Below are positions 1 to 13,016 of a DNA stretch of 64,000 nt, in pieces. The DNA comes from Octopus vulgaris (Eukaryota), in assembly GCA_951406725.2 (NCBI GenBank), contig OX597816.1, positions 46,500,001-46,564,000 on the forward strand, written 5' to 3'. Under the pieces are notes generated by a model. The model had not been told where the DNA came from. It saw only the letters and a list, made by a program, of their open reading frames with translations, and searched no databases. Position numbers and translations under genes: made by a program. Within the stretch, counting starts at the first letter, position 1. Every line of letters starts with the position of its first letter.

Positions 1-482
1 TGGTTCTTGCTTTCTAATACTTTTCTGTTTGTTTGACCTTAAATTCTAAAAGGATGAAAAAAAAAGTTGTTGGTTTTAAAATACATTTCTTTATATTCAT
101 TTCCACATATGAACTCTCTCTCTGATTCAAATAACTGAAATGCTAAGGATTCTAAGAATGAATACATCTTATCCTTTGCCACACCCAGAAAATACTATAG
201 CCTCAATAACATGGTTGCATGAGCTTCTTAAAAGCCCATCAGTCTTATACCATTGCACAGTATAGTCGTGGTGGATCCAAGTTACAAAGGTGCACGATAG
301 GTCATCCTACTTTAAGATTGAGACAATGACGTGGGAATCAAGTCGGGCCCAGTGAACGTAGAAACTGCATGCGATAGTTGACACTTGAGTCTGCTCCGAA
401 ACTGTGTCAACTAGTAGCACTGAACGTTACTAGAACAGATAGCTGTTGCATCAGATACTGCCACACTGAAAGTTACATGTAT

Positions 483-743
483 TCTTTTTTTCTTTTATTT
501 TTTTACGTGGTTCAGTTATTTGACTGCGGCCATACTGGATCACCGCCTTAAAGGGGGATTTTTTAGTCGAAGAAATCGGCCCTAGGACTTATTCTTTGTG
601 AGCCTAGTACTTATTCTATCGGTCTCTTTTGCGAACCATGAAGTTATAGGGGCATAAACACACCAACATCGGTTGTCAAGCGATGATGAGAAGGGAAGAC
701 AAACGCAGACACAAAGACACTCACATAAATACAAACACACGCT

Positions 744-783
<40 letters not shown>

Positions 784-823
784 CTTGGAAGAGGATGCGT
801 GGCGTTCAATCGTATAATATAAG

Positions 824-916
<93 letters not shown>

Positions 917-961
917 TATATACATACGTATATGTACATACTTACATCTATACATACATAC

Positions 962-1011
<50 letters not shown>

Positions 1012-1557
1012 TATGTGGGCACAGGACGTCACGAAACGTGTACAACAAAAATATACGAAGTACGAGTACATGGAATATGAACTATTTTTTCGAACAACGA
1101 AAGACACAAATGGAAAACAAGACAAAGAACATAAAGAACGACCCTTCATCAGTTGTTGGGTGTTTTTCTACACTCGTATTTCGAGCATTTAGCAACAATA
1201 TATGCTTTTGATAAAGCAGTTGCTCCCACAAAGCAAATTAAATAAAATTTGGTAACACAAACAGGACAGTGAAAACAAACTGGAAGGGCTGCTAAGCCTA
1301 AACGAGGTTGTGGTGGCGAACACGTAAATCAAGCTTGGACAGGAGACAGACAAGAACACGTCTTCTTTGTTCCACCTACAATGTATGTATACGACGGGCT
1401 TCTTTCAATTTCCGTCTACCAAATCCACTCACAAGGCTTTGGTCGGCCCTTTGGCTATAGTAGAAGACACTTGCCCAAGGTGCCACGCAATTGTACTGGA
1501 CCCGGAACTATATAGTTGGAAAGCAAGCTTCTTACCACATAGCCACGCCTGCGCCTA
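483..1557 (-). mobile_element. SINE family A with a ~600-bp insertion in its microsatellite
   Basis: Tail 483-720, head 1386-1557; (TA)n plus unrelated sequence at ~785-1385. Confidence 0.8.
826..1008. repeat. (TA)n microsatellites (also ~22924, 25651, 28660, 36972, 39480, 40122, 41623, 45129)
   Basis: Directly visible; source of the IYIY ORFs. Confidence 0.98.
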
Positions 1558-1822
1558 TACGTTAATATTCTCTTTGTGTCGAAATACATGCATTTGTTTA
1601 TATTAATAGTATCTTACATAAATATACTATTTTCTATTCAGATTAAGACAATATATGCATGTATTTAATTACACACACATACGCGCGCGCACTTAAACAC
1701 ACACATACAAACACAACACACACACATTCACATACACGCAGATACACATATAAACACACAATACACACACAAACACGTATGTATATGTATGTATGTGAAT
1801 ACGAATGGATTTATAGACATGC

Positions 1823-1860
<38 letters not shown>

Positions 1861-2047
1861 TAAGTGGAAACACTTTTGTGCAAGGAAATTATACGAAAAT
1901 GTTCTCAATTACTTTACAATAAAACAAAAAGGAATTTTCTTTTCTTTTCTTTCTTTCCTTTTGTTTCATTCTTTCTTTTCTTTTTTTATTATTTTTCTTG
2001 CGACGCGAAATATTAGTTTCATACGAATGGATATAAGGTGGTTAATA

Positions 2048-2283
2048 CCTATTTCTTTACTACCCACAAGGGGCTAAACATAGAGAGGACAAACAAGGAC
2101 AGGCAAACGGATTAAGTCGATTACATCGACCCCAGTGCGTAACTGGTACTTAATTTATCGACCCCGAAAGGATGAAAGGCAAAGTCGACCTCGGCGGAAT
2201 TTGAACTCAGAACGTAACGACAGACGAAATACGGCTTCGCAATTTCCCCGGCGTGCTAACGTTTCTGCCAGCTCGCCGCCTTG
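2048..2283 (-). mobile_element. SINE family B (young subfamily, tail ...AAAGAAATAGG)
   Basis: Head AGGCGGCGAGCTGGCAGAAACGTTAG, B box GAGTTCAAATTCC, central GCCTTTCATCCTTTCGGGGTCGATAAATTAAGTACC (resembles the MetaSINE-type domain, from memory). Confidence 0.88.
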
Positions 2284-2380
2284 AGTGGTTAATACCGTTT
2301 ATATAAACCAACTGACACTACACAGCTTTCATTGTAAACAAATTATCGGGAAAATATATACAGGTTTCACAGATGATCAT

Positions 2381-3000
2381 AGGCGTGGCTGTGTGGTGGG
2401 AGGTTTGTTTACTTCCCAGCCGCTTGGTTCCGGGTTCAGTCCCACTGCATGACACACTGGGCAAGTGTCTTCCACTATATCCTCGGGTCGACCAGGGCCT
2501 TATGAGTGGATTTGGTTGACGGAAACTGAAAGAAACCCGTCACAATTATGCAATATATTTGTGTGTGTGAGTGTTTGTCTTTTGTCTGTGCTTGTCCCCC
2601 ACCACAGTTTGACGACCAGTGTTGGTATATTTACGTCCTCGTAATTTGGCCGTACCAGTGGTTCCGGGTTCAGTCCCACTGCATGACACATTGAGCAAGT
2701 GTCTTCCACTATATCCTCGGGTCGACCAAGGGCCTTATGAGTGGATTTGGTTGACGGAAACTGAAAGAAACCCGTCACAATTATGCAATATATTTGTGTG
2801 TGAGTGTGTTTGTCTTTTGTCTGTGCTTGTCCCCCCACCACTGCTTGACGACCGGTGTTGGTATGTTTGCGTCCTCGTAATTTGGCCGTACCAGGCTTTA
2901 AAAAATATGTACTGAGGTTGGTTCGTTCGACTACGCTTCTTCATGACAGTGCCCCAGCATGGCCACGGTCTAATGACTGAAACAAGTAAAAGATAAAAGA
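2381..3000 (+). mobile_element. SINE family A with internal ~235-bp tandem duplication
   Basis: ~2425-2658 repeated at ~2659-2893. Confidence 0.85.
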
Positions 3001-3028
3001 TATTGGTAATCAAGAGCATGGTCTACAA

Positions 3029-3339
3029 CCGTGGTTCTCACTCGGAGTCCACACGACGCTTGAGGGTCCACATAAGTTTTTGTTGCTACAATATATGTAC
3101 AATAAATTGGTTATACTTCTGTAATGCACAAAATATTTTAACAATTTTTAAATACAATTCCTAATTGTATTTAATTATATATAGGCATAGGAGTGGCTGT
3201 GTGGTAAGTAGCTTGCTTACCAACCACATGGTTCCGGGTTCAGTCCCACTGCATGACACCATGAGCAAGTGTCTTCTACTATAGCCTCGGGCCGATTTAG
3301 TAGACTGAAACTGAAAGAAGCCTGTCGTATATATGTGTG

Positions 3340-3391
<52 letters not shown>

Positions 3392-3864
3392 TCCCCCCTC
3401 TCAACATCACTCGTCAACCGATGCTGGTGTGTTTACGTCCCCGTAACTTAGCGGTTCGGCAAAAGAGACCGATAGAATAAGTACTAGGCTTACAAAGAAT
3501 AAGTCCTGGGATCGTTTTGCTCGACTAAAGGCGGTGCTCCAGCATGGCCACAGTCAAATGACTGAAACAAGTAAAAGAGTAAAGAGTATAAAAATATATG
3601 ATTTTAAAAAAACATTAATTATGAGGGTCCAGTAGAATTAAAGAGGGATCAAAGGAGTCCATAGGGTGTTGGACTCATGATCGTAAGATTGTGGTTTCGT
3701 ATTCCTGGACGTGTTGCGTTCTTGAGCAAAACACTTCATATCACGTTGCTCCAGTCCACTCAGCTAGCAAAAATGAGTAACGCTGCGACGGACCAAGTGG
3801 AGAATATATACACCGGGAAACTAGCCCTTATGAGCCAGTATGCAAAAATGGTTGGGAAACACTG
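3029..3864. mobile_element. Old hAT (Charlie-like) MITE with two nested SINEs
   Basis: Ends CCGTGGTTCTCA / TGGGAAACACTG; degenerate 8-bp TSD GTCTACAA / ATCTGCAA; interrupted at ~3184-3588 and ~3663-3845. Confidence 0.55.
3184..3588 (+). mobile_element. tRNA-derived SINE family A (representative full copy)
   Basis: Head GGAGTGGCTGTGTGGTAAG...GGTTCAGTCCC, internal (TA/TG)n, tail GACTGAAACAAGTAAAAGAG; about 20 copies or fragments in the window. Confidence 0.9.
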
Positions 3865-4614
3865 ATCTGCAACAAAGAACGAAGAAAAACCAATGAAGAG
3901 TATTTGAGGAACTGCATTTTTTAAAAATTTTATCTAGTTTCAGCTCACGAGCTGTGTGTGGCCATGCTGGGGCACCGCCATTCTCATGCATGCTGAGAAA
4001 TTTTTAATTGTTGTTTTTACAGAAATTTTGTAGGATAGCCATATATTGCAGATAGCAAGAGGAGTGAGTATGAAAGGAAATTCGATTTCTATATATGTAT
4101 ACGACTTGTGGAGTGAAGGGTGTTAAGGCTCTCTCTCATGGAGGTCTTTTGTATGAATGAAAACTGATAAATAAATGGTTTCATTACACAATGTTTTTAA
4201 GTGTGTGGGAAGAGACTACTTTTAATCAGTTTGATGAAACTATGTTGTAAGGTCATAAGCAAGCAAAGATTGACTGACCTGTTTGAAATCTATTGCTAGG
4301 TAGGGCATGGCGAATCAATTAGTCAAAGTCGTAGTAGTTAGCAGTTGTAAAATGATTGGAGGATTGACAATTAAGGTGAATAGAAAAAAAAATGAGAGAG
4401 AAGAATAATGGGAAAAAAAATATATTATTGAAATTATGTTACTATAAATAATAGATAAGATGGAATTGTATGGGGAAAATATCGCAATAATAGGAAGAAT
4501 AAATAAATGTAATATACAAAAGAAAAAATAACTGATAAAAGTTTGGAGGGAAATAAAGTGTGGAAAATGAAGAATTGAATAAATATAAAAAAGTAATATG
4601 TGTGTGTGTAAACT

Positions 4615-7117
4615 CTTTTCTTTATTAACCATGTAGGTTTAAATATATAGAGGGCGAAAACAAGGACAGACGAAGAGACAAGGGGTCGGGGATCAAATGG
4701 GGTTGACAGAGTGAAGGATGAACGTTTTAAAAATTACAAAATTTATATTAACAAAGTAAAAAATCGAATGTTAAAACAAAGGTGAAGCGGAGGACGTGGG
4801 TGACCCCACAAACCACGTTCTCACACTGAAAACTTTATTTTTTCCCTTTTGTGTTCTCGCTTAAACAGGTGCTTTCACTCTCAACACACTTGCCACAGTC
4901 TTACATCTTTTCCGAAACACACCGTACGACAGGCATTTCTTCTCCAGCTTTATTTTTCTTTTCATATGGAAAAGGAAAAAGTCAACCAACCCAAGGCTGG
5001 AGATAAAAATGCCCGTCACAATCCCTTTCACTCTCGTCTTCCACACACCTTCTTTCGCGATAGCTACTACCGAGAGAAAACAGGCCTGCTCTTCCCTGTT
5101 ACGGGAGGGTGGCGAAATGATCTTAATTATAAATTCGGACGACAGTTGTACACCTCTTAGATATCACAGTAGATGTCCGACATAAGCCCAGAGTTCCGAA
5201 TTCTCCGGACAATTGTATGCAGAACAGTTTCACTGTTCTTCCCGCATCTTGGACAAGCTGACGAAGACGCAGAACCATGTCTAAAGAGCTTATCCCGAGC
5301 AGGTAAAGCACCTCTGTAACACTGCCATGCCAGGGACTTCTCATAATTGTCTATAGGCCCTGGCCCGAATGTCCGTCGGTACAGGCTGGCGAGTTGACCT
5401 TTGTCGAAGCCCAGGGTTTCTCCCAGGACGTCGTCACACTTGAACAATATCAACCCTCTAGAAGGACGAGGTGGAACCCCCGCCACCGGTGTTGCCCGAC
5501 TGAGAGAGAAGCACGAGTGCCTGACAACACGGTATGCCAAGCCCCCAATCTCGGACTACGCTTGATCCATGGGTCCAGTTCAGTAAAAGATGTGAACCGT
5601 GGAAATAACAGTTTGACAAACGGAGACAACACCTGTTCACCGTCCAGGTAAAGCCAGAGGTGCCTAAGCTCTGCGCATTATTAGCCACGGCATCCCTAGC
5701 CCACCCTTCATCGGTTTTTGGCAGCAGATAGGGCGCCTTACAAGGGGTCTCCTGCCCTTCCACAAAAAGCGGAAGAGCATGCGTTCCAACTTGTTCAGCC
5801 ACGAATCGGGGCATGGGACGACGGTCAGGCGGTAGGTGATTACAGATGCAATAAACACACCTGCAACCCCCACCCTTCCTTTCAGGGACAGCTTCCGCTT
5901 AGACCAGGTCTGAGTTAGGAGAGCCACCCTGCTCGCCACCTCGCTTCAGTTCTTCTCCATCTGGAGATCTAGACCTAACCAGATTCCAAGCATTTTCACC
6001 GGACCGTCAGTCAAACGTCCCACGACGCTGTCAGACGGCATCGACTTGCCCTTCCAGGTGCCGAGTTGCAAGCCAACCGATTTATTCTGGTTAATTTTTA
6101 CTCCTGCCACCGCTTTGTAATGCCTTATGGCCTCCCCCCCTCCCCCCTGTAGGTGCTCGACCCGGAATACAATGACGGTGATGTCGTCCGCGTACGCCGA
6201 AACTGATTTTCCGCACCCTAGATCTCGCTGAGTACCCCGCATAGCCTCCAACTTCCTCAGCAATGGCTCTAGGGCCAAAATGTACAGAAGCAGAGAGAGA
6301 TGACACCCTTGACGCACCGATCGTTCAATGCAGAACGGCTCCGAAAAGAAACCGTTCACCTGAACTATCGATCAGATGTTGCTATATAAAGCGGTGATTC
6401 ACCCACGGAACGTCGGGCCGAAACCAGCTGTCGCAAGGACCACTGCCAGATACTGATGGTCAACCCTATCGAACGCTTTTGATTGGTCTAAATGTACCAT
6501 AGCCCACCTTTGCCAGGAATTCTATTTACCCTCTCTAAGGCATAGCGGAGAAAGTGGAGATTGTCGTGGACAGACCTGCCAGGGATGACACATGTTTGCG
6601 CCTCTCCGACAAGTCCACTAACGACCCGCGCCAATCTTTTTGCTAAAACCTTGGCCGAAATCTTTAACTCTGCGTTAAGCAGAGTAATGGACCGAAAATT
6701 ATCAGTTAAGTCCTCCTTGTCTGGGTCCTTTCTTAGCAGCGTCACAGACTCGGGTCACAGACTTGGGAATCCTCCCATTCTGCTGCCAGTTGGTATAGAC
6801 GCATGCAAGTATGTGTTCAAACAAGTCTGGCATACTACAATACAGTTCATAGGGTAGACCATCAAGTCCCGGCGACTTGTCCCTACCGCAATCTGATAAT
6901 ACTTCCTCCACCTCCGTAGCTGTGATCGGCCCTTCACAAGATTCCGCTTCCCGCCCCGAGAGACACGGCGAACCGGTGAGGAAGTTTACGAGGTCCTCCC
7001 TGCGTTCCGGTCCGCCGCCCCTTCCGTAAAGCTGGGTTAATGCTTGTGAAACACCTTGCACATCTCGGGTTCATTTACTGAACAACCATGTGGGTCCGTT
7101 AAAGACCGTATGGTTGA
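4615..7117 (-). mobile_element. 5'-truncated, frameshifted Tx1/L1-clade LINE (reverse transcriptase region plus 3' UTR)
   Basis: Successive minus-strand ORFs carry RT motifs KSPGLDGLPYELY, NFRSITLLNAELKISAKVLAKRL, QTCVIPGRSVHDN, SVRQGCHLSLLLYILALEPL, SAYADDITV, KINQNKS and WSKRKLSLKGRV. 15-bp TSD GTGTGTGTGTAAACT at 4600-4614 and 7118-7132. Confidence 0.92.
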
Positions 7118-8139
7118 GTGTGTGTGTAAACTATAAAAAGGCAGGTGGTATGAGAGGTGAATATAATTATATATTTAACCATTTGTTATCCTTAGGGTTA
7201 CAGCCGTTTCATAGCCTTCTTCAAGTAACAATAATTTTAGCGTACAATTAGTTACGTTTATTTGTTTGCACTAATACAATACATTGTAAACAATTTCCAA
7301 ATCAATGCAGATAAAGAAAGCTGGCTCATCAAATCACAAGAACATCGTGATTACACCAATGTTTCAACTCTAAGTGTACAAACATTTTTTCTTTATATAT
7401 ACAATGTATGGAAGACACTGCATTATACTTCTCTGCATTAGATTGTCGTGTGGTCCATTAGCCGAGTCCGCTACAGGAGCTTTCTGTGATAGTCACACTA
7501 TTCTATGAAGCCATATATTACACTACAAATATATATAATGATCGCCTTTCAAAGCAAGGACTGATGGGTTTTAAAATATTTCCCGTATTTGATGCTATAT
7601 ATATATATATACTAGACCGCATCCAGATAATGGACACTTGATTGATTGGCATCAATTTATATGCATATATATTCTACCTCTGTCCAAATGCGTACTAACT
7701 TTCCCCTCTTCCTTCTCTACCGAATATTTTAAAACCACCACGCCTTTCTTTAATAGGCTATCATTATCTAGACTAGATATTTCAACAATAAGTCTGTTTT
7801 AAAACTGCTGAACTGATTTCAGCCTATAAATGCATTATTCATTATGTGAATTCTTTTTAAATAGTTGAAACCATTAATCTCACAATATGCCATCAACAGA
7901 CTAAGGCAGCGTGCAGGCAGAATCGTTAGCAGGCAGAATACGCTTAGCATTATTTCGACTGTCTTTACGTTCCGAGTTCAAATTCCGCCGAAGTCGACTT
8001 TGCCTTTCATCCTTTCGGGGGTTGATAAATTAAGTACCAGTTGCGTACTGGGGTAGATCTAATCGACTGCCCCCCCCCCTTCCCCAAAAATTTCGGGCCC
8101 TGTGCCTAGAGTAGAAAAGAAGAGTTCCTAGCTTCGAGG

Positions 8140-8265
8140 GCATCGCGAAAGGTCTGGTTGGAGGCCTATCTTTCGAGTTATTTTACAAGGCTTAGAAAAA
8201 CTGAAGGACTGCTTCAATAAGTGTGTAAATGTGAGAGGGGAATATGTTGAATAAAATCATAATTA
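8140..8265 (+). mobile_element. Mariner transposase C-terminal remnant
   Basis: Translates LEKLKDCFNKCVNVRGEYVE*, matching the typical mariner end (KCV...GEYVE). Confidence 0.6.
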
Positions 8266-11258
8266 ACAAGGATAGTAATTTTGTGGGAGCGGATGAGTCG
8301 ATTCAACTGGTACTCATTTTATCGAACCGGAAAGGATGAAAGGTAAAGTCGACCTAGGCGGAATTTGATAATAATGATAATAATATTTACTGTTTATACT
8401 TTCTATTGTGTAAAGGTTGGATTGCATAATCTGATAGCAATTACAACAAGAAAAGTAAGATAGGTGAAGGGCAAATAGTTTATAAGGATTATGAAATAGC
8501 CTTGAAGGAAACGATAGTAACGATAACAAAATTTGACGTCATAGCCTCTTATTTTTGTACTTCACATGTGACGTCCAGTTGTAATCGGTGGCGATGTAAT
8601 TGGTTCAAGTGTTATCAGTTTGACATTGTACTTTTTTAACAAATGAAATTTAGGATAAATTCAAGCACTGTGGGCGAAGCTTTGGCTTTATGCTTTTTTT
8701 TTCTCTCGTCTTTACATTAGCACAAGGCCTCACATTCGTCGGAGAGAAGATTTGGCTTGCCTTGGACGTTCAGCTTCTTTTAGAGTCGTAGTTGTTGCCA
8801 TTGTGACACATAACGTATCCTGAAAATTTTTTAGCCTTGACGAAGCCCATCCGTCTCCAAGTTTGAACAAAGACAATTTATCCTCCTCCCCGCCCCAATA
8901 TAAAAAGGAAGAATAGACTTGTTCAAAGCAAGAGAAACATAAAAGAGAAGAACCGACTCCAGTAGAGTACAGTTGTATTAATTTTTGACTCCGAAAGAAT
9001 AAAAAGTAAAATATAACAGTGGTGGTATTTGTACTCAGACCAGAGAAAATCGGGACGAATATCGCAAGCGACATTATAACAACTTGACCAAACTCATCTC
9101 AGAAGAAAAAGCATCGTAGATTAAAACATATCTCAGTATTTCATGGCAGCATATTTGTCAAGTAGAGAAAGGATGATATGCATAACTAATCTCGGTGGAA
9201 TACAACCTCAGAATGTAAGAGAACGTAATTAAATACCACAAGGCATTTGTGCTCTAACGGTTCTATCACTCCTCCCGAATAGCTTTGACAACATGCTGTC
9301 ACACCTTGGTGCAGATGTGTTGTCAACTTAATCGACCCTACTATCTGACAGGTAGTTTTCCTATCAACTTTAACAGGATTTGAACTCAGTTTCTAAAGAG
9401 AGGTGGTTATATATCGAAGTTTTACCGTTTCCATGTTAAGATTTCTAACAGCGGTACAAGTTCGCACAATCTGAAGGGAGGATATACTCGATCAGATCAC
9501 CCATAGTTCTTAACTGGTACTCGCTTTATCGACACTGGAAGGATGAAAGCCTAAAAGGACACCACTGAAATTTGAACTAAGAACATAAAGAACAATAGCA
9601 GAGCAATTTGTTCAGTACTTTACTGAATGTGTAACCCCACCGCTCTCTGTAATGGAATAATGCAATTTTATATTAATAATATTCAGAGGCAGGGCAAGGC
9701 GGCGAGCTTGCAGAAACGTTAGCTCGCCAGACAAAAGTATTTGCCAATATTTCGTCTCTTTTCACGTTCTGATTTCAAATTCTGCCAGGTCGTATTTGCT
9801 TTTCATCTTTTTGGGGTCGATAAAATAAGTACCTGTTGAACACTGGCGTCGATGTAACTGACTTACACCCCTCTCCCGAAATTGCTGACCTTGTGTCAAA
9901 ATTTGAAATCAATAATATCCAAAAGAAGTTGACAAAGAAATTTAAATGTCGAAAATCCTAAGTTCAACACATCTTTTTTTATGACTCAGTCATGTGAAAG
10001 ATGGTGATGTTCTCATGACTTTCACGGGCAGCCCAAGACTGGTGAGATCGATAGAGTCTATGTTCACCTTTTGGAGTAAGTGAAATTGGATCAAATGAGA
10101 GTTTCCAGAAGCTTATTGCCCTTCTATAGCACTTAACGCAATACTCAGTTATTGGCTCTTATTTTATCGACCACAAAAATAGATAGATAAAAATGCAATG
10201 AATTGGCAGAGTCATTAGAGCGTCGGACAGAATGCCTTGTGGTATTTGTTCCAACTCTCTACACTCTAAATTTAAATCTTATCAAGTTGAACTTTACCTT
10301 CCTTTCCCTTAGGGTTAACAAAATAGTAATTCAGGGTTGATTTCTCTTCTTCTTCTCCTCCTCCTCCTCCTCCTCCTCCTCCTCCTCTCTCTATCTAGAA
10401 GAAATTGCTTGTTGTTAGATCTAGAGAGGGATGATTACCACCAGGTTTAGAAAACCAATACACATCCCGTGTTACTACGGTGCCCCTGCGATTCCATCGG
10501 TAGTTTAGGCCTGGAAGCAAAGCAGAGCGTAGTATCAACACTGAAAAGCAAAGTTGACTATAAATAACACAAAGATTTAAACTCATAGCTATAAAAACAA
10601 AATTAAATATTGTAAATTATGATTTCGCATCTTTGTGAGAAACCTGTGCAGTATAATAAAATTAACATTCTCAAAACAGAATGAGTCTTTGTACTAAATG
10701 AAACCAATATGATGCAATTTATTTGTTCACAGAGAGCAGCATTTGTTCTCTTGGACTTCGGAGTTTTACTTCAATAAAATTAAAGAGATGAATGGCTTTC
10801 TCAATCTGCATGCCCCCACCCAATCTGTTCGGTAGCCAAACAATTATCTGAAAAATGATCATTGCCAAATGATTAAGTGCAAATATTATTAGTCATGTTG
10901 TACATGGAAAACTTCCAGCACACCACTACAAAATCTCAAATACGAGTGCGTGCAAATTATATATTCACTTTTAAAAAATAAATGCGGTAAACTCCGAAGC
11001 AGTTTCATTTTAGAGATTGTCGCATGGTTCAGTTTTTTCACCCTGAAAGCACACCAGTTATTGTCCAATCACTGAAGTTAAACAACGTCAAGCTTAGATG
11101 TGACTTAAGATAGGAGACGGAAGAAAATCATTACTTTTCGATTTATCATATTCGTTTTAACGTGTATCGGTGCAGGCATGGCTGATATGGTTAAAACGTT
11201 AGCCTCGCGACTACGTTGTTTTCGATTCAATTCCATTGCGCGGCATCTTGGGCAAGTG

Positions 11259-11578
11259 GGTACTACTTAAGAAGAGTGGTCCCGGTGCGCGCACTCGCGT
11301 ACTCACGCATCCGCGCTAGCTAGTCGTGATTAGTCGATCCTTACTTTGTGTTTTTGTGTTTCATTTACTTTGTTTTAAAAAAATTATTTACTTTGTATTT
11401 TTGTATTTTTGTGTATTATTTACTGTTTTTTAAAAAAATTATTTACTTTGTGTAAAAATATTATTTATTTTGTGTTTTATTTACTTTGCTAGGTAGTCGT
11501 TGTAGGATCGACTAGTCACGACTAGCTAGCGCAGATGCGCGAGTGCGCGCACCAGGACCACTCTTCTTAAGTATTACC
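11259..11578. mobile_element. Mutator-like foldback MITE nested in a SINE
   Basis: ~80-bp TIRs GGTACTACTTAAGAAGAGTGGTCC / GGACCACTCTTCTTAAGTATTACC; 9-bp TSD GGGCAAGTG (11250-58, 11579-87); T-rich repetitive interior. Confidence 0.88.
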
Positions 11579-12108
11579 GGGCAAGTGTCTTCTAATATAG
11601 TCCGGGCCGACTAATGATCGATGATTTCGGCTCACAGAAACTCAGCGTAAGCCCATCGCGCCGCGCGCGCGCGCGCGTGTGTGTATGAATGTTTGTGTAT
11701 GTTTGTATGTGTGTATATGTTTGTATATACACGCACGTGTGAGTGTGGTTTCTGGTTTGTCATCACTTGACATTTGGTGTTCGTTTGTTTACATATCCGT
11801 AACTCAACGTTTCGAGGTTGATTTGATCCTCCGAACTTTTCAAGGCAATACCTCGGCGTTGAAAGACTGCAAAGGTGTTTGTTCGTATCTCAAACTTTAA
11901 ATTAATTCATTTCGTTCTTATTTATTTTCTTCTCTATGATAAAGGAAACGTAGCAGATCAAATCGTATGCTAAACACAGAGCAGAATGAGTCGTGGAATC
12001 TGAAATGGTGATCCATCGATTGTCAGTTCGAGATTCAACCGAACTGGACAGCCGCACCTCTACATTATAATTAAATATAATGAAAATAATAAGACAACAA
12101 AAATGTTT

Positions 12109-12463
12109 GGCAATCTTACGGTTCTAGTATATTTTACGTCAACTGATCACGTGTATTTGTTTATATATGATCGTCGATTTCCGTAAAAAACTTTTATTTT
12201 TTTACATATGGGGTTGGGGGGAAATGGGATCTTTGGGGTTAGGGTTAGGGCTAGGGTTAGGGTTAGGGTTAGGATTTGGGGTTAGGGTTAGGGTTTGGGG
12301 TTAGGACCCTAACCCTAACCCCAAAGATCCCATTTCCCCCAACCCCATATGTAAAAAAAATAAATGTAAAAAAATAAAAGTTTTTTTACGGAAAACGACG
12401 ATCATATATAAACAAATACACGTGGTCAGTTGACGTAAAATATACTAGAACCGTAAGATTGCC
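12109..12463. mobile_element. Foldback MITE with central telomeric repeats
   Basis: ~140-bp TIRs GGCAATCTTACGGTTCTAG / CTAGAACCGTAAGATTGCC; 8-bp TSD AAATGTTT (12101-08, 12464-71); (TTAGGG)n then (CCCTAA)n at ~12236-12322. Confidence 0.88.
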
Positions 12464-12601
12464 AAATGTTTGGATACAAATCCTCCATCTTATAAGAATA
12501 AGCAGGGAAAATTATAAGAAAGAATGACATGGCTGTGTTGTTAAGAAGCTCACTTTGCAAACAACGTGGTTTTGGGTTCAGTCCCACTGTAGACCACTAT
12601 A

Positions 12602-13016
12602 CTCTCTTTCTCTCTTTACTCTTTTACTTGTTTCAGTCATTTGACTGCGGCCATGCAGGAGTACCGCCTTTAGTCGAGCAAATCGACCCCAGGACTTATT
12701 CTTTGTAAGCCCAGTATTTATTCTATCGGTCTCTTTTGCCGAACCGCTAAGTGATGGGGACGTAAACACACCAGCATCTGTTGTCAAGCAATGCTGGGGG
12801 GACAAACACAGACACACAAACATATACACACACATATATATATATATACATATATACGACAGGCTTCTTTCAGTTTCCATCTACGAAATCCACTCACAAG
12901 GCATTGGTCGGCCCGGGGCTATAGCAGAAGACACTTGCCCAAGATGCAGTGGGACTGAACCCGGAACCATGTGGTTGGTTAGCAAGCTACTTACCACACA
13001 GCCACTCCTGCGCCTA
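12602..13016 (-). mobile_element. SINE family A nested in an older plus-strand family A copy (12527-13365)
   Basis: Consensus-like head and tail; host copy split around it. Confidence 0.85.

Noticed and set aside
375-413. 10-bp stem hairpin TAGTTGACAC/GTGTCAACTA as a pre-miRNA
   Set aside because: Stem too short and no known mature miRNA recognised.
582-1211. ORFs rich in IY/CV/TH dipeptides (also 17582-17826, 22714-23071, 41570-41812, 47532-47974, 56272-56585)
   Set aside because: Translations of (TA)n/(CA)n microsatellites, which lack stop codons.
12236-12322. Ancestral chromosome end-to-end fusion site
   Set aside because: Enclosed by long TIRs and an 8-bp TSD, so better explained as a transposon.
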